Positions 33,134 through 49,342 of a stretch of DNA of 64,000 bases are shown one piece after another. Every line of letters starts with the position of its first letter. Positions within the stretch are counted from its first letter, which is position 1. A program made the translations under genes and the position numbers. The stretch comes from the human T2T-CHM13v2.0 reference genome, Homo sapiens. The stretch lies in the NCBI RefSeq assembly GCF_009914755.1, contig NC_060940.1, one strand, 5' to 3'. The notes beneath the pieces are model-generated. The model was given only the letters and a program-made list of their open reading frames with translations, had not been told where the DNA came from and made no database searches.

Positions 33134-33610
33134 CAGGGGTCCCCAACCAGTACCGGTCCTTGGCCTGTTAGGAACCAGGCCATACAGCAGGAGGTGAGCA
33201 GCAGGTGAGCAAGCATTGCTGCCTGAGCTTCACCTCCTGTCAGATCAGCAGTGGCATTAGATTCTCATAGGAACATGAACCCTCATGTGAACTGCACATG
33301 CAAGGGATCTAGGTTGCATGATCCTTATGAGAATCTAATGCCTGATGATCTGTCACTGTCTCCCGTCACCCCCAGTTGGGATTGTCTAGTTGTAGGAAAA
33401 CAAGCTCAGGGCTCCCACTGATTCTACATTATGGTAAGTTGTGTAATTATTTCATTATGTATTACAATGTAATCATAATAGAAATAAGCTGCACGATAAA
33501 TGGAATGCACTTGAATCATCCTGAAACCACCCCCCTACCCACGCCTCATCCATGGAAAAATTGTCTTCCACAAAACTTGTCCCTGGTGCCAAAAAGGTTG
33601 AGGACCACTG
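33134..33610. mobile_element. MER1A (hAT-Charlie)
   Basis: caggggtccccaacc...gtcagatcagcagtggcattagattctcatagg...aaaggttgaggaccactg; degenerate 8-bp TSD gtttacac/gtttatgc. Confidence 0.8.
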
Positions 33611-33957
33611 GTTTATGCCAAAGAGCAAAGGAAAGACAATGAAGAATCTTACATGGGAGAGTGACGTGATCAGACTTGGGTTTTTAAAGATCACTCCATG
33701 GCCAATGGATTTAAAGCAGGAAGGCTAGTTGGGAGGTCTATGGAGGCCCAAGAGCAGAGAGGATAATTGTGACTTAAAACTTACACTAGGCTGAGCACAG
33801 TGGCTCATGCCTGTAATCCCAGCACTTTGGGCGGCCAAGGATCACTTGGGGTCAGGAGTTCAAGACCAGCCTGGCCAACATGGTGAAACCCCGTCTCTAC
33901 TAAAAATACAAAAATTAGCTGGGTGTGATGGCGGGCACCTGTAATTCCAGCTACTCA

Positions 33958-34185
<228 letters not shown>

Positions 34186-34467
34186 TTAGCTTGAGCCAGT
34201 AGTGGATAGTGACACTATTGTAGGAGTGAAGGACAAGCTTCCTCTCTACCCTCTGAAGGATCCCTGAAATGAACTGGCAATAGACAGATGAACAGGAGAA
34301 AAGGCATATTCAAATTTATTAACATGCACATGAACACAGGAGTTCCAAAAATATGAGACTCAAAGAAAGGCCAAATGATTGAAACTTACATAGAGGGAGA
34401 TGGGGGAAATGTAGGCAACTTGAAGGATTGTAAATGATTTTTAGGGGAATTGAATGGACCCAAAGAG

Positions 34468-35053
34468 CAAACCACAATGAGATACCATCTGAAACCAGTC
34501 AGAATGGCTATTACTAAAAAGTCAAAAAATAACAGATGCTGGCGAGTTTGTGGAGAAAAGGGAATGCTTACACATTGCTGGTGGGAAAGTAAATTAGTTC
34601 AGTCACTGTGGAAAGCACTATCACAATAGCAAAAATGGAATCAAAAAATGTCCGTCAATGGTGGATAAAGAAAATGTGGTGCCATATACATCACAGAATA
34701 CTACACAGTTATAAAAACGAATGAGATTGTGTCCTTTGCAGCAACATGGATACAGCTAGAAGCCATTATCCTAAGTGAACTAATGCAGGAACAGAAAACC
34801 AAACACCATATGTTCTCACATATAAGTGGGAGCTAAACATTGGGTACATATGGAAATAAAGATGGGACCAACAGACATTGGGGCCTACATGGAGGTGGAG
34901 GGTGGGAGGAGAGTGAAGATAAAAAAAACTATTGGGTACTATGCTTATTACCTGAATGATAATCTGTACACCAAACCCCTGTGACATGCAATTTACCCAT
35001 GTAACAAACCTCCACATGTACTCCTGGAACTAAAATGAAAGTTAAAAAAAAAA
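34468..35053 (+). mobile_element. 5'-truncated L1 (old L1PA/L1PB) 3' end inserted in an ERV LTR
   Basis: ORF2 C-terminal text (accacaatgagataccatct..ccagtcagaatggcta), 3'UTR and poly(A); flanked by LTR-like sequence from about 34220 to 35270. Confidence 0.8.
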
Positions 35054-35738
35054 AGCAGACAATAGTTTGTAAATTATTTTCTTTAGAAACTGAATGGGAC
35101 AAGTTATGGGAAGGTGAGGGGCAGAACTGCACTGCAAACAAAGGTAGTCTTATTATGCAGATTAAGTCTTTTAGGTAATCTCTCAGAATTACTCTCGGCA
35201 AAATAGATGAAAAGCCCGAGCATGGTGACAACTTTTAGTCTCTTCTGCAGTGGTTAATTTTTTCTGGTTATTTTGGATGCTAATCCACCACGTTGACTTC
35301 TGATTAACCCCAGTCCCATGAATGCCTCCTGATTCCTACTTCACTGTTCCTAGTGTAAGAACATGTTGACCTTGATGTCATCACACAAATTATAGGCTAT
35401 GATACATTCAGCATTCTTGCCTGTCCTGAAGGGTTGCCTTTAATTGGCTTGCTGGAGCAAGCATACCCTTTCCCTATGGTATATGCGTAGCCCTGGTGTG
35501 GGGAGTAACAGTGCAGAGAGCTACCTGTCCTGCCACCACCTAAGACCACACTTGTGTCTGTAAGTTCCTTCAATGAATCACCCAAAGTCAACACAATGGA
35601 TCTGTCTGCCTCCTTCTTTGGTTCCTCGGCTCCCTCAGCATTTGGGAATCACTTTGCATATTCACAGAAATTAAGACAATTGCATTTCTTTTGGAAGAAA
35701 TTTTCCTCGGTCAGATAAGGGAACTTCCAGAGAAAGCC

Positions 35739-36097
35739 TGATATGGTTAGGCTGCGTCCCCACCCAAATCTCATCTTGAATTATAGTTCCCATAATCACC
35801 ATGTGTTGTGGGTGGGACCAGGTGGATATAATTGAATCATGGGGGGTGGTTTCTCGCATCCTGTTCTCCTGATAGTGAGTCAGTTCTCATGAGATTTGAT
35901 GGTTTTACAAGGGACTTCCCCCTTCACTGGGCACTCATTCTCTCCTGCCGCCCTATGAAGAGGTGCCTTCCGCCTTGATTGTAAGTTTCCTGAGGCCTCC
36001 CCAGCCATGTGGAACTGTGAGTCAGTTAAACCTCTTCCTTTATAAACTACCCAGTGCCAGATATTTCTTCACAGCAGCCTGAGAACAGACTAATACA
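35739..36097 (+). mobile_element. THE1 (C/D-like) solo MaLR LTR
   Basis: tgatatggttaggctgcgtccccacccaaatctcatcttgaat...agaacagactaataca; 5-bp TSD aagcc/gagcc. Confidence 0.85.
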
Positions 36098-36645
36098 GAG
36101 CCCCTCCCTGCACTCAAGATGGCAGAAACAAGAGAAGGTTAGAAAATCCTTGGTTCTGAAGCAGTTTCTAAGGCCTTTCATTTTCCTTTAACTCAGAAGT
36201 GCTCTGCATGCCAAAGTAACAGACTTTGGGGTATCCTTGTCTGTGTCTCAATGGGGGCTGTGTGAAAATTCAACCCCTGCTTTGCTCATATTAAGTCAGA
36301 TATGCCTCTTGGATACTAAGAGGATGTGTCAAGTAGACAGCTGGCTTAGAGGGTACGTTTGGGCTGGGGAGTATTTTTGGTGCTGAGAGCTTTACACAGC
36401 CTTCATTTGGGATGCTCTCCCAGAGAGTAGCCAGGAGATCATTTCATAGCATAGTTCTGATCACATAAACACCTTACTCCAACCTCTGCCAAGGGCAAAG
36501 TGCTTTCCCACAGCACTTAGAAGTGCTAACTCTTTCCCCTCATGGATCAATCCATGATCAAAGACCAATCCCAGCTGGGCACAATGATTTACACCTGTAA
36601 TCATAGCACTTTGGGAGGCCGAGGCAGGTGGATCACCTGAGGTCA

Positions 36646-36897
<252 letters not shown>

Positions 36898-37697
36898 TTA
36901 TATGCCATCGGCCTCTGGATATGAGAGAGAAAACTAAAGTTCAAAGGACTCACCCAATTCAGCTAAGAAATGTGACATCTAAATCAAGGCTGTGCAGTGA
37001 GGTTATTCATTCAGGTTCTGTTCTTTACATGGTCTGGGCCTAACCTTCACCGATCAAATGAAGTGAAATAAGGTGCAGAACCCTAGCACAGTGGCTGACA
37101 CCAAACAAGCCCATCAAGAATAATTGTCAAGGACGAGGCTCAGTGGCTCGTGCCTGTCATCTCAGCACTTTGGGAGGCCAAGGCGAGAGAATCACTTCAG
37201 CCCAGGAGTTCAAGAGCAGCCTGGGCAACATAATGAAACCTCGCCTCTACAAAAATGAAAAAATTAGCTGGGGATAGTGTTACATGCCTGTGGTCCCAGC
37301 TACTGAGGGACTTAGGCAGGAGGATCACTTGAGCCCAAGAGGTCAAGGCTGCAGTGAGCTACGATGGCACCACTGCACTCCACACTGGGGAACAATGAGA
37401 CCTTGTCTCCAAAAAAAAAAACAAAGAAAAGTTGTCAAAATGCATGGCTACATGAGTCATTTAAAACTGAGTGAAACAGGAAGATGTAAAAGACCTGTTG
37501 TTAACCAAGCTGTGGAGGACCGTTAAGGACTTCGGGCTAAGGTCCTTACAAAGATATCCTTAGCCTTTTAGACACACAGCTCAATGTGTGGCCGATTGGA
37601 AAGGTAATTAATCCCCAGAGCATAAAAACGATGACTTTTTTACAGTTATAATGTTAATTTATCAGTATGTCCAGGTTTCTTGTTTGTTTATTTTTGA

Positions 37698-37976
<279 letters not shown>

Positions 37977-38088
37977 TAAAGTGCTAGGATTACAGGCGTG
38001 AGCCACCGCGCCTGGCTGCGGGGGGCTATTTTAAGCCCAATACACAGCAATACATGTTTCCAGTGCGTCCTCACTACCTCCCATTTTA

Positions 38089-38424
<336 letters not shown>

Positions 38425-39782
38425 TCAAGATCACGCCATTGCACTCCGGCCTGGATGACAAAGTGAGACCCCGTCTCAAAAATAAAACTAACTAACTAAA
38501 TAAATAAATCTAGATCAGCAGTTCTCAGTTGGGAGTGATTGTTCCCCGCCCCCGCCCCCCGCCCCAACCCTCAACCAGCACCCCCAGGGGACATTTGGCA
38601 ATGTCTGGAGGCATTTTTTTTGTTTGAGACAGGGTCTTGCTTGGTCGCCCAAACTGGAGTGCAGTGTCAACCACAGCTCTCTTGACCTCCCAAGCTCAAA
38701 TGATGCTCCTGTCTCAGCCTCCTGCATAGCAGGAACTACAGATGTGTGGCGCCATGCCTAGCTTTTTTTTTTTTTTTTTTTTTTTTCAGTAGAGATGGGG
38801 TCTCACTGTGTTGCCAGGGCTGGTATCAAACTCCTGGGCTCAAGTGATTCTCCTGCCTTGGCGTCCCAAAGTGCTAGAGGCATTTTTTGTTATCACGATA
38901 TGCGTGCCTGTGTTGGGTGCTGCTGGCATGTAATGAGTAGGGGCCAAGGATGCTGCTCAACATTTTACCAAGCCCAGGACAGGCCTCCACAACCAAGAAT
39001 TATCTGGGCCCAAATGTCAACAGTGCCAGTCTTGACAAACCCTAACCTCAACAAATAATAAGAATTAAGAGAATTAGGCCAAGCAAGAGCACAGCTGGTG
39101 GAGAGGGGGTCAAAATTGACCAGGTCTGCCCCAGAGTGACCAGTGGCAATCGTGGCATCATGGAAACACACAAGTTCACAGTTGTGAAATGGTTCAGGTT
39201 GTCAAAGAGTTTTCGTATCAGTTACCATCCTTACCTTTCATAACAGTCCAGAGACGTTATTCTGCTCTCATTCCCATCCCCTACTCTTCAGCTGATGGAA
39301 GAGGAAAGCAGGGTTAATGGATGAGTCACCTGTGGAAGTTCTCAGAGTCAGCAAATGACTAAGCCACAGAACCCGGTTATCGGCCTCCTAGCCCACGTGC
39401 AGATCCTTTCCTCCCCCTTCTGCTGCCTTTTTTGTTAAAGCAGAAGTGACAACGACGAAACGTTCGGAAGATGGACTACAGTGTCCCATGGCAGTTGGGA
39501 GTCAGCCATCCAGGGGGTCCATACACTGCAGAGGGCATGCTCCGTGTATGGACCTCCAGGCTGGAGAGGACATGCTCCGTGTATGGGCCTCCAGCAGCAC
39601 ACATTGTTTGTTCATGTTTCCAAAACTCAGGAGGAGACTCAAGCCCCAGCCACATGCTCTAGGAGTCTCTATGCCCCTGTTAGGAGCTCCCGTGCTGGAG
39701 TTTCAATCCCCAGCTGGAAACCTTAGAAAAACCATCAGAAGGAAACGCAACCGTTTCCTAATGAAAGCGTTTCATCTCTGAG

Positions 39783-39796
39783 CCAGTAGAGGGAGC
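39783..39796 (+). promoter_or_regulatory. Candidate CTCF site CCAGTAGAGGGAGC
   Basis: Close match to the CTCF core CCASYAGRKGGCRS in unique, CpG-retaining intergenic DNA. Confidence 0.55.
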
Positions 39797-39968
39797 GCAC
39801 ATCCAGGCCATCCGAAGCTGGCTCAGCCGAGACTTCAATAGCACCGAGGGCTGGAAGAAGCATTCAACGCGCGATCCTTGAACTTGAATGAGCCTATGCA
39901 TAGGAGCCTGTTAAAAGCCAAATTCGCGGGCGGATCACGAGGTCAGGAGATCCAGACCATCCTGGCTA

Positions 39969-40245
<277 letters not shown>

Positions 40246-40248
40246 TCA

Positions 40249-40575
<327 letters not shown>

Positions 40576-41962
40576 CTAGAACCCATGACTCCTACAGCTG
40601 GTGCTCACTTCATAGCATCTTCCCTGCCCCTCTGACCCTGAAACAGGATTCAGGGAAGAGGATCCCTAAGTGTGGGTGAGGAGTAAGAGACTATACTATC
40701 TGCTTTGAATCAAGCTTCTTTATACTCTATTTTTGGTCAAGTTACTTCCCTTGCAGAAGTACCAATAGAAATTCAAAGATGAACACAAGCAGACTCCAAT
40801 TCTTTTGGGCCTGAGGGAGCCAAAGTAAAATAGATTTGTTAGTGAAGTCCCTCTTATTTTTGGTTAGTACAAATTTGGCAAGTCATCCAAAGAAAAGCTT
40901 ACATATAACTTGGTATGTTTTTATGAATGCAAATTATAGCCATAGACTTTCTCCTAAGAATGAAGTTTCTTAGCTTGAATCAGTTTAGATGAAAAATGCC
41001 TCCCTTAAAAAATAAGAGCTCCTAAACTCTCACTAAACATGAAATGCAGAGGCAAGTGGTTCTAGGGTTGATTTGGGGAACACAATGAAGTTATCAAGGA
41101 TTTAGGCTTTCCATTTTTTCGCTCCATCGTTCTCAGGGTGTCTTTAGGGTTATTTCCTCATAGTTACAACATGGCTGCCATAGCTCCGGGAATCACATCA
41201 CATAATCATATCCAAAAGCAGGTAGAAAAGGGGTTAGCTGCACATACCTTTTTTTAAATAAGGAAAAAGAAGCCCCCTCTCAACTTCCCCTTAAATCTCA
41301 TTGAACAGAACTGTATTACATGCTCACCTCTAAACAGAAGGGAAATGGGACGTTATCTTGGCTATCTCATGCCAAGCAGGATTGTCCCCCAGGGTGTGCT
41401 GTGCAAACAAAGTCCAGGTTCTCTTAGCAAGGAAGAAGGGGATGAGGTGGGAAGGAAAAAGAAAGGGCAAGAAAATCCCTTTTAATTAAGCCCTACACTA
41501 TCTGCCCCAGTACACTTGTGTTTTCGCTGTATTTATTCACAAAGTAAGGGTCTTCATGTGCTGTGTGAGCAAAGGTCAGGACCAAGGAGGATTTAGTTAA
41601 ATCTGGAATCTCAGTCAGGGGTTCATACTCTTGAGATAAGGAAAAGTAACCAATGCTGCCTAACAGCCCAGCACCCACACTGGAGTCCCTAGACTTAGCA
41701 GATGGAACTTGCTATAATGAGGACCATATGTATTCATTTGCTAAGGCTGCCATAGAAAGTACCACAAACTGGGTGGCTTACACAACAGACATTTATTTTC
41801 TCACAATCCTGGAAGCTGGGAGTCTAAGATCAAGATGCCAAGCAGGCTTGGTTTCTCCTTGGCCTGTAGAGAGCTGTCTTCTCCCTGTGTCTTCTGCCTG
41901 TGTCTGAATTTCCTCTTCTTATAAGGATAGCAATCCTATTGGACTAGGGCTCATCCTATTAA

Positions 41963-42112
<150 letters not shown>

Positions 42113-42153
42113 TGAGTAGCTGGGACTACAGGCCTGCACCACCATGCCCGGCT

Positions 42154-42188
<35 letters not shown>

Positions 42189-43223
42189 TAGAGACAGGGT
42201 TTCACCACATTGGCCAGGCTGGTCTCGAACTCCTGACCTCAGGTGATCCACTCACCTCAGCCTCCCAAAGTGCTGGGATTACAGGCGTGAGCTGCTGCAC
42301 TTAGCCACAATTATCTCTTTAAAGACCCTTCCTCCAGCCATATTTTGAGATTCTGATGTTGGGACTTCAACATATCGATTTGCGGGTCACACAATTCAGT
42401 CCTCCAATTCAGCGAGCATACTTCTATTTCCTCTGCAAGTCTGATGTGCACCTTGCTTTAAAAGAGATACGATTATCATGCTTCTCATCCTAATTTTCAA
42501 AGGGCTTTCTATCATGTGTGAATCTCAGGTTCCAGTGAATGCCTTCTTCGTGTCTGTGGATGTCATCATATGAGGGTATTTTTTGACCTGTTTCTGTGAC
42601 GTATTCATAGAGTTCCTGTAATCGAACAGTCATGGATCAGCATTCAGAATATATAAAGAAACCCTAAAAATCAATAGGAAAAGGACTTTTAAAATCTAGT
42701 ATAAATTAAACAAAGGCTATAAACAGACAATTCAGAGGAAGGGACTGCTTCCTGCTGTGCAGATGGTCATCTTGCGGTATCCTCACATGGCCGAGAGCAG
42801 AGAGAGGAAGCTCACTCTCCTTTCTCTTCCTTTAAGGGCACTTATCCCCTTTATGAGGGCACCATCCTCATGACCTAATTAATTCCCAAAGCCCCACCTC
42901 CAAATATATCACACTGGGGGTAAGGACTTCAAAAACATATACACTGGGGGTAAGAACTTCATGTGAACTTGTTGTGGGGGGACACAGTTGAGCCCACAAC
43001 ACCGAGAATAAGCCTGAGCACACACCTTGTGCCACGGGCTGCATGTTCTACCTTTCCGCAACCCCTGTGCTGCCCACGATGAGACAGCTTCCCACTCAAC
43101 ACATCATCACTTTCAAACCAGAAGCAATGTTGTGCTGTGGATTTTCTGGTTATTGACACAGTGGTGGGCACTATCAGAGGTAATTCACATCTTTGCATCC
43201 AATGGGAGAGAAACTAAATTCCC

Positions 43224-43992
<769 letters not shown>

Positions 43993-44249
43993 CCCCTGTC
44001 TCAGGACCTGTATTCTCAGCAATGCCTCTTCTTTCAACTACGATACATCACTGTTTGGAAATGGAACTAGTTGCAACTTAAGTGCCAAGTTCCTGAAGCT
44101 ATAAACTGCTCCCCATGCTTTTAGATCCTATGTGCAAGCAACAGTGTGTGTTTGTAATGTGTTGTCTGTGATGAAGTGTGGTAGGCTCTGCCTTCACTAG
44201 CACAGTGATTTCTATCCAGGGATATGTGTCAGAGTCATCTGAGGAGCAT

Positions 44250-44730
44250 GGATTAGTTTTCTTTCACTGCTTAGACAAATTATTACAAGTTTAGTGGGTT
44301 AAAACAACATAGATTTATTCTGCTACAATTCTGAAGGTCAGAAGTTTGAAATCACTTTCACTGGACTAAAGCCAAGGTGTCGGTGGAGCTGGTTCCTTCT
44401 GGAGGATCTAGGGGAGGATCCATTTCCTTGCATTTTCCAGCCTCTAGTGTTCCCCTGTATCCCATGGCTTATAGCCCTTTCTCCATCTCAAAGTGCATCA
44501 CTCCAACCTCTGCTTCCATCATTGTACTGCTTTCTCCCCATAGTCAAAACTCCCTCTTACAAGCACACATGCAGTTATATGTATGGCCTACCTGGATAAT
44601 TTAGATAATTTCCCCATCTCACCGTTTTACCTTAATTATGACTGCAAAGTCCCTTTTGCCATATTAGGGAAAATTCACAAGTCCCAGAGGTTAGCACGTG
44701 AATATCTTTGGGGCCATGATTTAGCCTCCT
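44250..44730 (-). mobile_element. MLT1C-type MaLR LTR
   Basis: aaaacaacatagatttatt..ttctgaaggtcagaagt..ggtgtcggtggagctggttccttctggagg..gcaaagtcccttttgccat; a related copy lies at about 46200-46860. Confidence 0.6.
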
Positions 44731-44963
44731 ATAGAGCCTAAACATGCTTAGACTCCACTCCCTAAAGATTCTAGTTTAGTAGATGGTGTCTAAGTTTTTG
44801 TTTTTTGTTTTGTTTTGAAATGGAGTCTACCTCTGTCGTCCAGGCTGGAGTGCAGTGGCATAATCTTGGCTAACTACAACTTCCACCTCCTGGGTTCGTG
44901 ATTCTCCTGCCTCAACCTCCCAAATAGCTGGGATTACAGGCACCTGCCACCATGCCCACCTAA

Positions 44964-45146
<183 letters not shown>

Positions 45147-46435
45147 TAGATGGTGTCTAGGCCAGAGGTCTGTACAATCAGGTGTACATTCTACCACATA
45201 TGCACTTGATTACATATGCCTTGGTATATAGCACACAGACTTATTCAAGTCACAGTTATTGTCCATAATGTTATCTGAGTTTTTATTTAGAGTTAGAACA
45301 GTGCTATTTTCTTGACGTTGAGATACTCCAATGCTGACTGGGCAGCGCCTACATCAATACAACGGTTATCTTGTTGAACCCTCACACGCTTCCAAATTAG
45401 GTTGTGTTCCCTTTTTACAGATGCGGAAGCAGGCTCAGAGATTGTTCTATCTGCCCGAGGCCACACAGCCAGGGAGACGTAGATCCCGAACCCAAACCCA
45501 ACTCTTGCTCTAGAGCCTGCGCATCCCACAGAACTTCCTAATGCAGAACAGGGCAGGGGAAAGTAGTACATTACATTACAGGTGCCTTCCCAGGGCACAC
45601 AAGTCTGTTTTCAACTCCTGCAACCTCCACCATCAATCAGAACTGCTCAAACTATTAGAACCCCAAAGCTCCATCATTCTACTCTTGACACCTGTATGAC
45701 AATTACAGCCCATCACTACGTGATAAAGGAGATTGCAAGCACACTAACGTGGTTGAAGCAGCAGTCTCTCAGGATTTAAGCTCGACTCTCTTCCCACACA
45801 GTTCCTGTCTGAGGAGGCTGCCTCCCCCATATATAGTAGGATGCCTACTTTCAGAAGGCAAGAACACGACTTTAGTCAACTGCTCCCAGGCTACCATGGC
45901 AACAAGTGTTCATCCCGGCAGCTGCTCCACACCAGCTTGGCTTTCCACTCTCAAAGTTCTGCTTTAGCATTTTTGGCAAACACATCAGAACCAAGTCACG
46001 CTGTGGGCTGCCTTGAGACCCAGGGGACTTTGATTCCCAATATGACTCTATACAAGTGGACCAACTTGCAGCTGAGAGGCTCTAGCTCTGAAATCAAGGG
46101 GCTGTGACATCCTGGACAAGCTTCTTTAGGGCTCAAGTTGCTCATCTGTAAAATGTGCACTTTTAAGCCATGTTTTTCAAGTTGTGGGTAGTGACTCAGT
46201 ATTTTAATTTCCTATTGTTGTTGTAACAAGTTTGTTTCATGCCGTTAAGCTATCTCACAATTCTGGAGGTCAGAAGTCTAAAGTGGTACAGCAGAGCTGT
46301 ACTCTTTCTAGAGGCTCTATGGGAAGATATTTTCTTGTTCCCCTACTAGAGGCGGCCTGTGTTTTCTGTGACTCTCTATCATTCCAATTTCTGCTTCCAT
46401 TGATACATCCTATTCTGACCTTGTTTTTATTTTGA

Positions 46436-46654
<219 letters not shown>

Positions 46655-48411
46655 TGATCCACATGCCTCAGCCTCCCAAAGTGCTGGGATCACCGGCATG
46701 AGCCACCGTGCCCTGCTGACCTTCTTGTTTTATAGGGACACTTGTGATTGGGCCCACCGGGATGATCTTACCATGTCAAGACCCTTAGTCACATCTGCAG
46801 AGTCCATGTTGCCATGTAAAACTAATATTCACAGGCTCTAGGGATTAGGATGTAATTCCTAGACATGGGTCGGGGGTAGGTGTCATTCAGGGTCAGGAAG
46901 TCATTTAAGTGGCCATTTTTAAAAATGCCATTAAAAAGCATGGTACGTGAGATTTAGTTATGATATACAATGCAACTTGATAAAGTCACACAGAATTTTG
47001 AATCTAAAACTATTTAGCAGAATGCCTTGGATCCTTAAAAGAAGGTCCAAAGAAGGCTTTTGATGAGACAATTTGAGCTTTTGACCCTATTACTCTAGAA
47101 ATGCCAGACCCTCTACATAAGGTAGGTGTGGTTCTTTCCCTACATCAGAGTCTTATCTGTAAGACCTAACCAAAGGATTTAGAAAGCTACCTTTTAAGTC
47201 TGTGTGGCAGAATTCTAGAACAGGTGCCGGGCACGGTGTCTCATGCCTGTAATCCCAACACTTTGGGAGGCCGAGGCAGGCAGATGACCTGAGGTCAGGA
47301 GTTTGAGACAAGCCTGGCCAACATGGTGAAACACCATCTCTACTAAAAATACAAAAATTAGCTGGGCTTGGTGGCAGGTGCCTGCAATCCCAGCTACTGA
47401 GGAGGCTGAGGCAGGAGAGTCACTTGAACCCAGGAGGCGAAGGTTGCAATAAGCCGAGATTGCACCTATAGAAAACCACAAGATGACCAGATAGACATCA
47501 CGATATTCAACCTCAAGGTTAGATTTTTGAAAAACCCAAGAGTATAATGACTGAGCTGACATTTAAATCCAGCCACTAGAAGCTTTCATCACTTATTCTT
47601 CCTGCCATACGTAGATTTGAAATATTTCCTTGCAAAAATTTTAGACTCAAGTTTTCTAGAATACAAGTGAATTTCCATATATCTTGAAGGTCTCTAAGAG
47701 CTGCAGTATAAAGCAGACACTAGTCATGTTGATGACATAATTACTTAGAATAAGACTGGCTACCCTCAGGACGAAGGCCTCAGGAGACGGTCAAGATCGA
47801 ATGCAGGTAATGGAAAACTCACTCTAGGCTCAGTTGAATGGTGGAGTCTGATTCTTGGAATGTTATAACTGAGCCTTAGGACTCTGGCACTTTAGTATTC
47901 CTTTCCCTACCAAAGAAAGATTGCTTGTCTTTAGTTATAAGTGGGAAGGTAACTAAGTCCTTTTAAGCTCAGGAAAGTTGTAAGCTTGAGTGTAACTTGA
48001 GTTAGGAATTACCTTGAAGTAAGTTCTTATATTACTTTCTTAGGAACATCTGGTTTCCCTTCCCTTAAAAGAAGGGGGGTTGGATTTATGCCAGTGATCA
48101 TGGGTAGCTTGCTGGCTTCTTATCCTGTGTAAGAGCTTGTAGACTCAAGTGTACCCCCAGAGCTGGGCTATAGCTAAAGCCCTACTGTTGACTGGGAGTG
48201 TCAGAGGACTCATGTATTGGGGTTAGAGGATCAGAAGGGGCCAAATGACAGGAAACAATTATACCATGAACTTCCCTATTTGTATCTATATACAAATCCT
48301 GCCCAGAGGATTGTGGCTAGGTACTGCCTCTACACTGAGGAACAAAAGAAATGATCCCTTGTCATCTAATCTTAATAAGAATGTGGAAGGCAAGAGGCTT
48401 ATTTTGACTGC

Positions 48412-48417
48412 TTTATT
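48412..48417 (-). terminator. ZP2: ZP2 polyadenylation signal AATAAA
   Basis: tttatt on + strand, 11 nt after the stop codon. Confidence 0.8.
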
Positions 48418-48428
48418 TAGAAGCCCAT

Positions 48429-48571
48429 TTAGTGATTTGACACAGTCCTTTTCTCGTACAGGTAGTAGATGAAGCCTAGAGTTGCCACCACACCTGCAAA
48501 GGCAGCCACAGCAGCCACAGCTTTGGAACCAACATCTCCAGCAGTCTTGTGCCCTTTGGTGTCCATAGCAC
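48429..48571 (-). CDS. ZP2: ZP2 exon 19 (transmembrane segment, stop)
   Basis: GAMDTKGHK...AVAAVAAFAGVVATLGFIYYLYEKRTVSNH-TAA; all 19 exons sum to 2238 nt with consistent phases. Confidence 0.95.
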
Positions 48572-48714
48572 CTACAAAGGAAGCAGACATTTGAGTCTTA
48601 AGTATTTTTAAATAAGGGTAAGTGGAAGCCTTACATAAGGCTCCCCAGAGAAGGGGGTAAAACTAAGCCTTCAACAGGCTTATTTCAGAAGTTTGCAACA
48701 TTGAATAAACTTAC

Positions 48715-48798
48715 CTCGTGAGCCAACCTCCTCCCCTGTTTCACTCCTACTCTTCTCCCCACTGCTCCCACTTGCTTTTAGATCAGATGAGCCGACAC
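48715..48798 (-). CDS. ZP2: ZP2 exon 18
   Basis: GVGSSDLKASGSSGEKSRSETGEEVGSR; 84 nt. Confidence 0.93.
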
Positions 48799-48994
48799 CT
48801 GGGAAGAACCTGAGAGTTTAGTACAACATCTTCATGCTAGTCGATGTGGTTAGCTGTCCCCTGAGGGTGTGATCCCACAGGTTGTTCATTAAGGCTATCT
48901 CAGGTAAGGGTATGTGTTAACAGGCACAAACTAATACACACTTAAGTTTGGCCATAGCATGTTAAGATGCACATGCTCTGACCTAATCTTGCTA

Positions 48995-49342
<348 letters not shown>

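Noticed and set aside
42905-42961. 30-bp tandem duplication (acactgggggtaag.acttca)
   Set aside because: Inside a MaLR LTR fragment; ordinary slippage with no sign of function.
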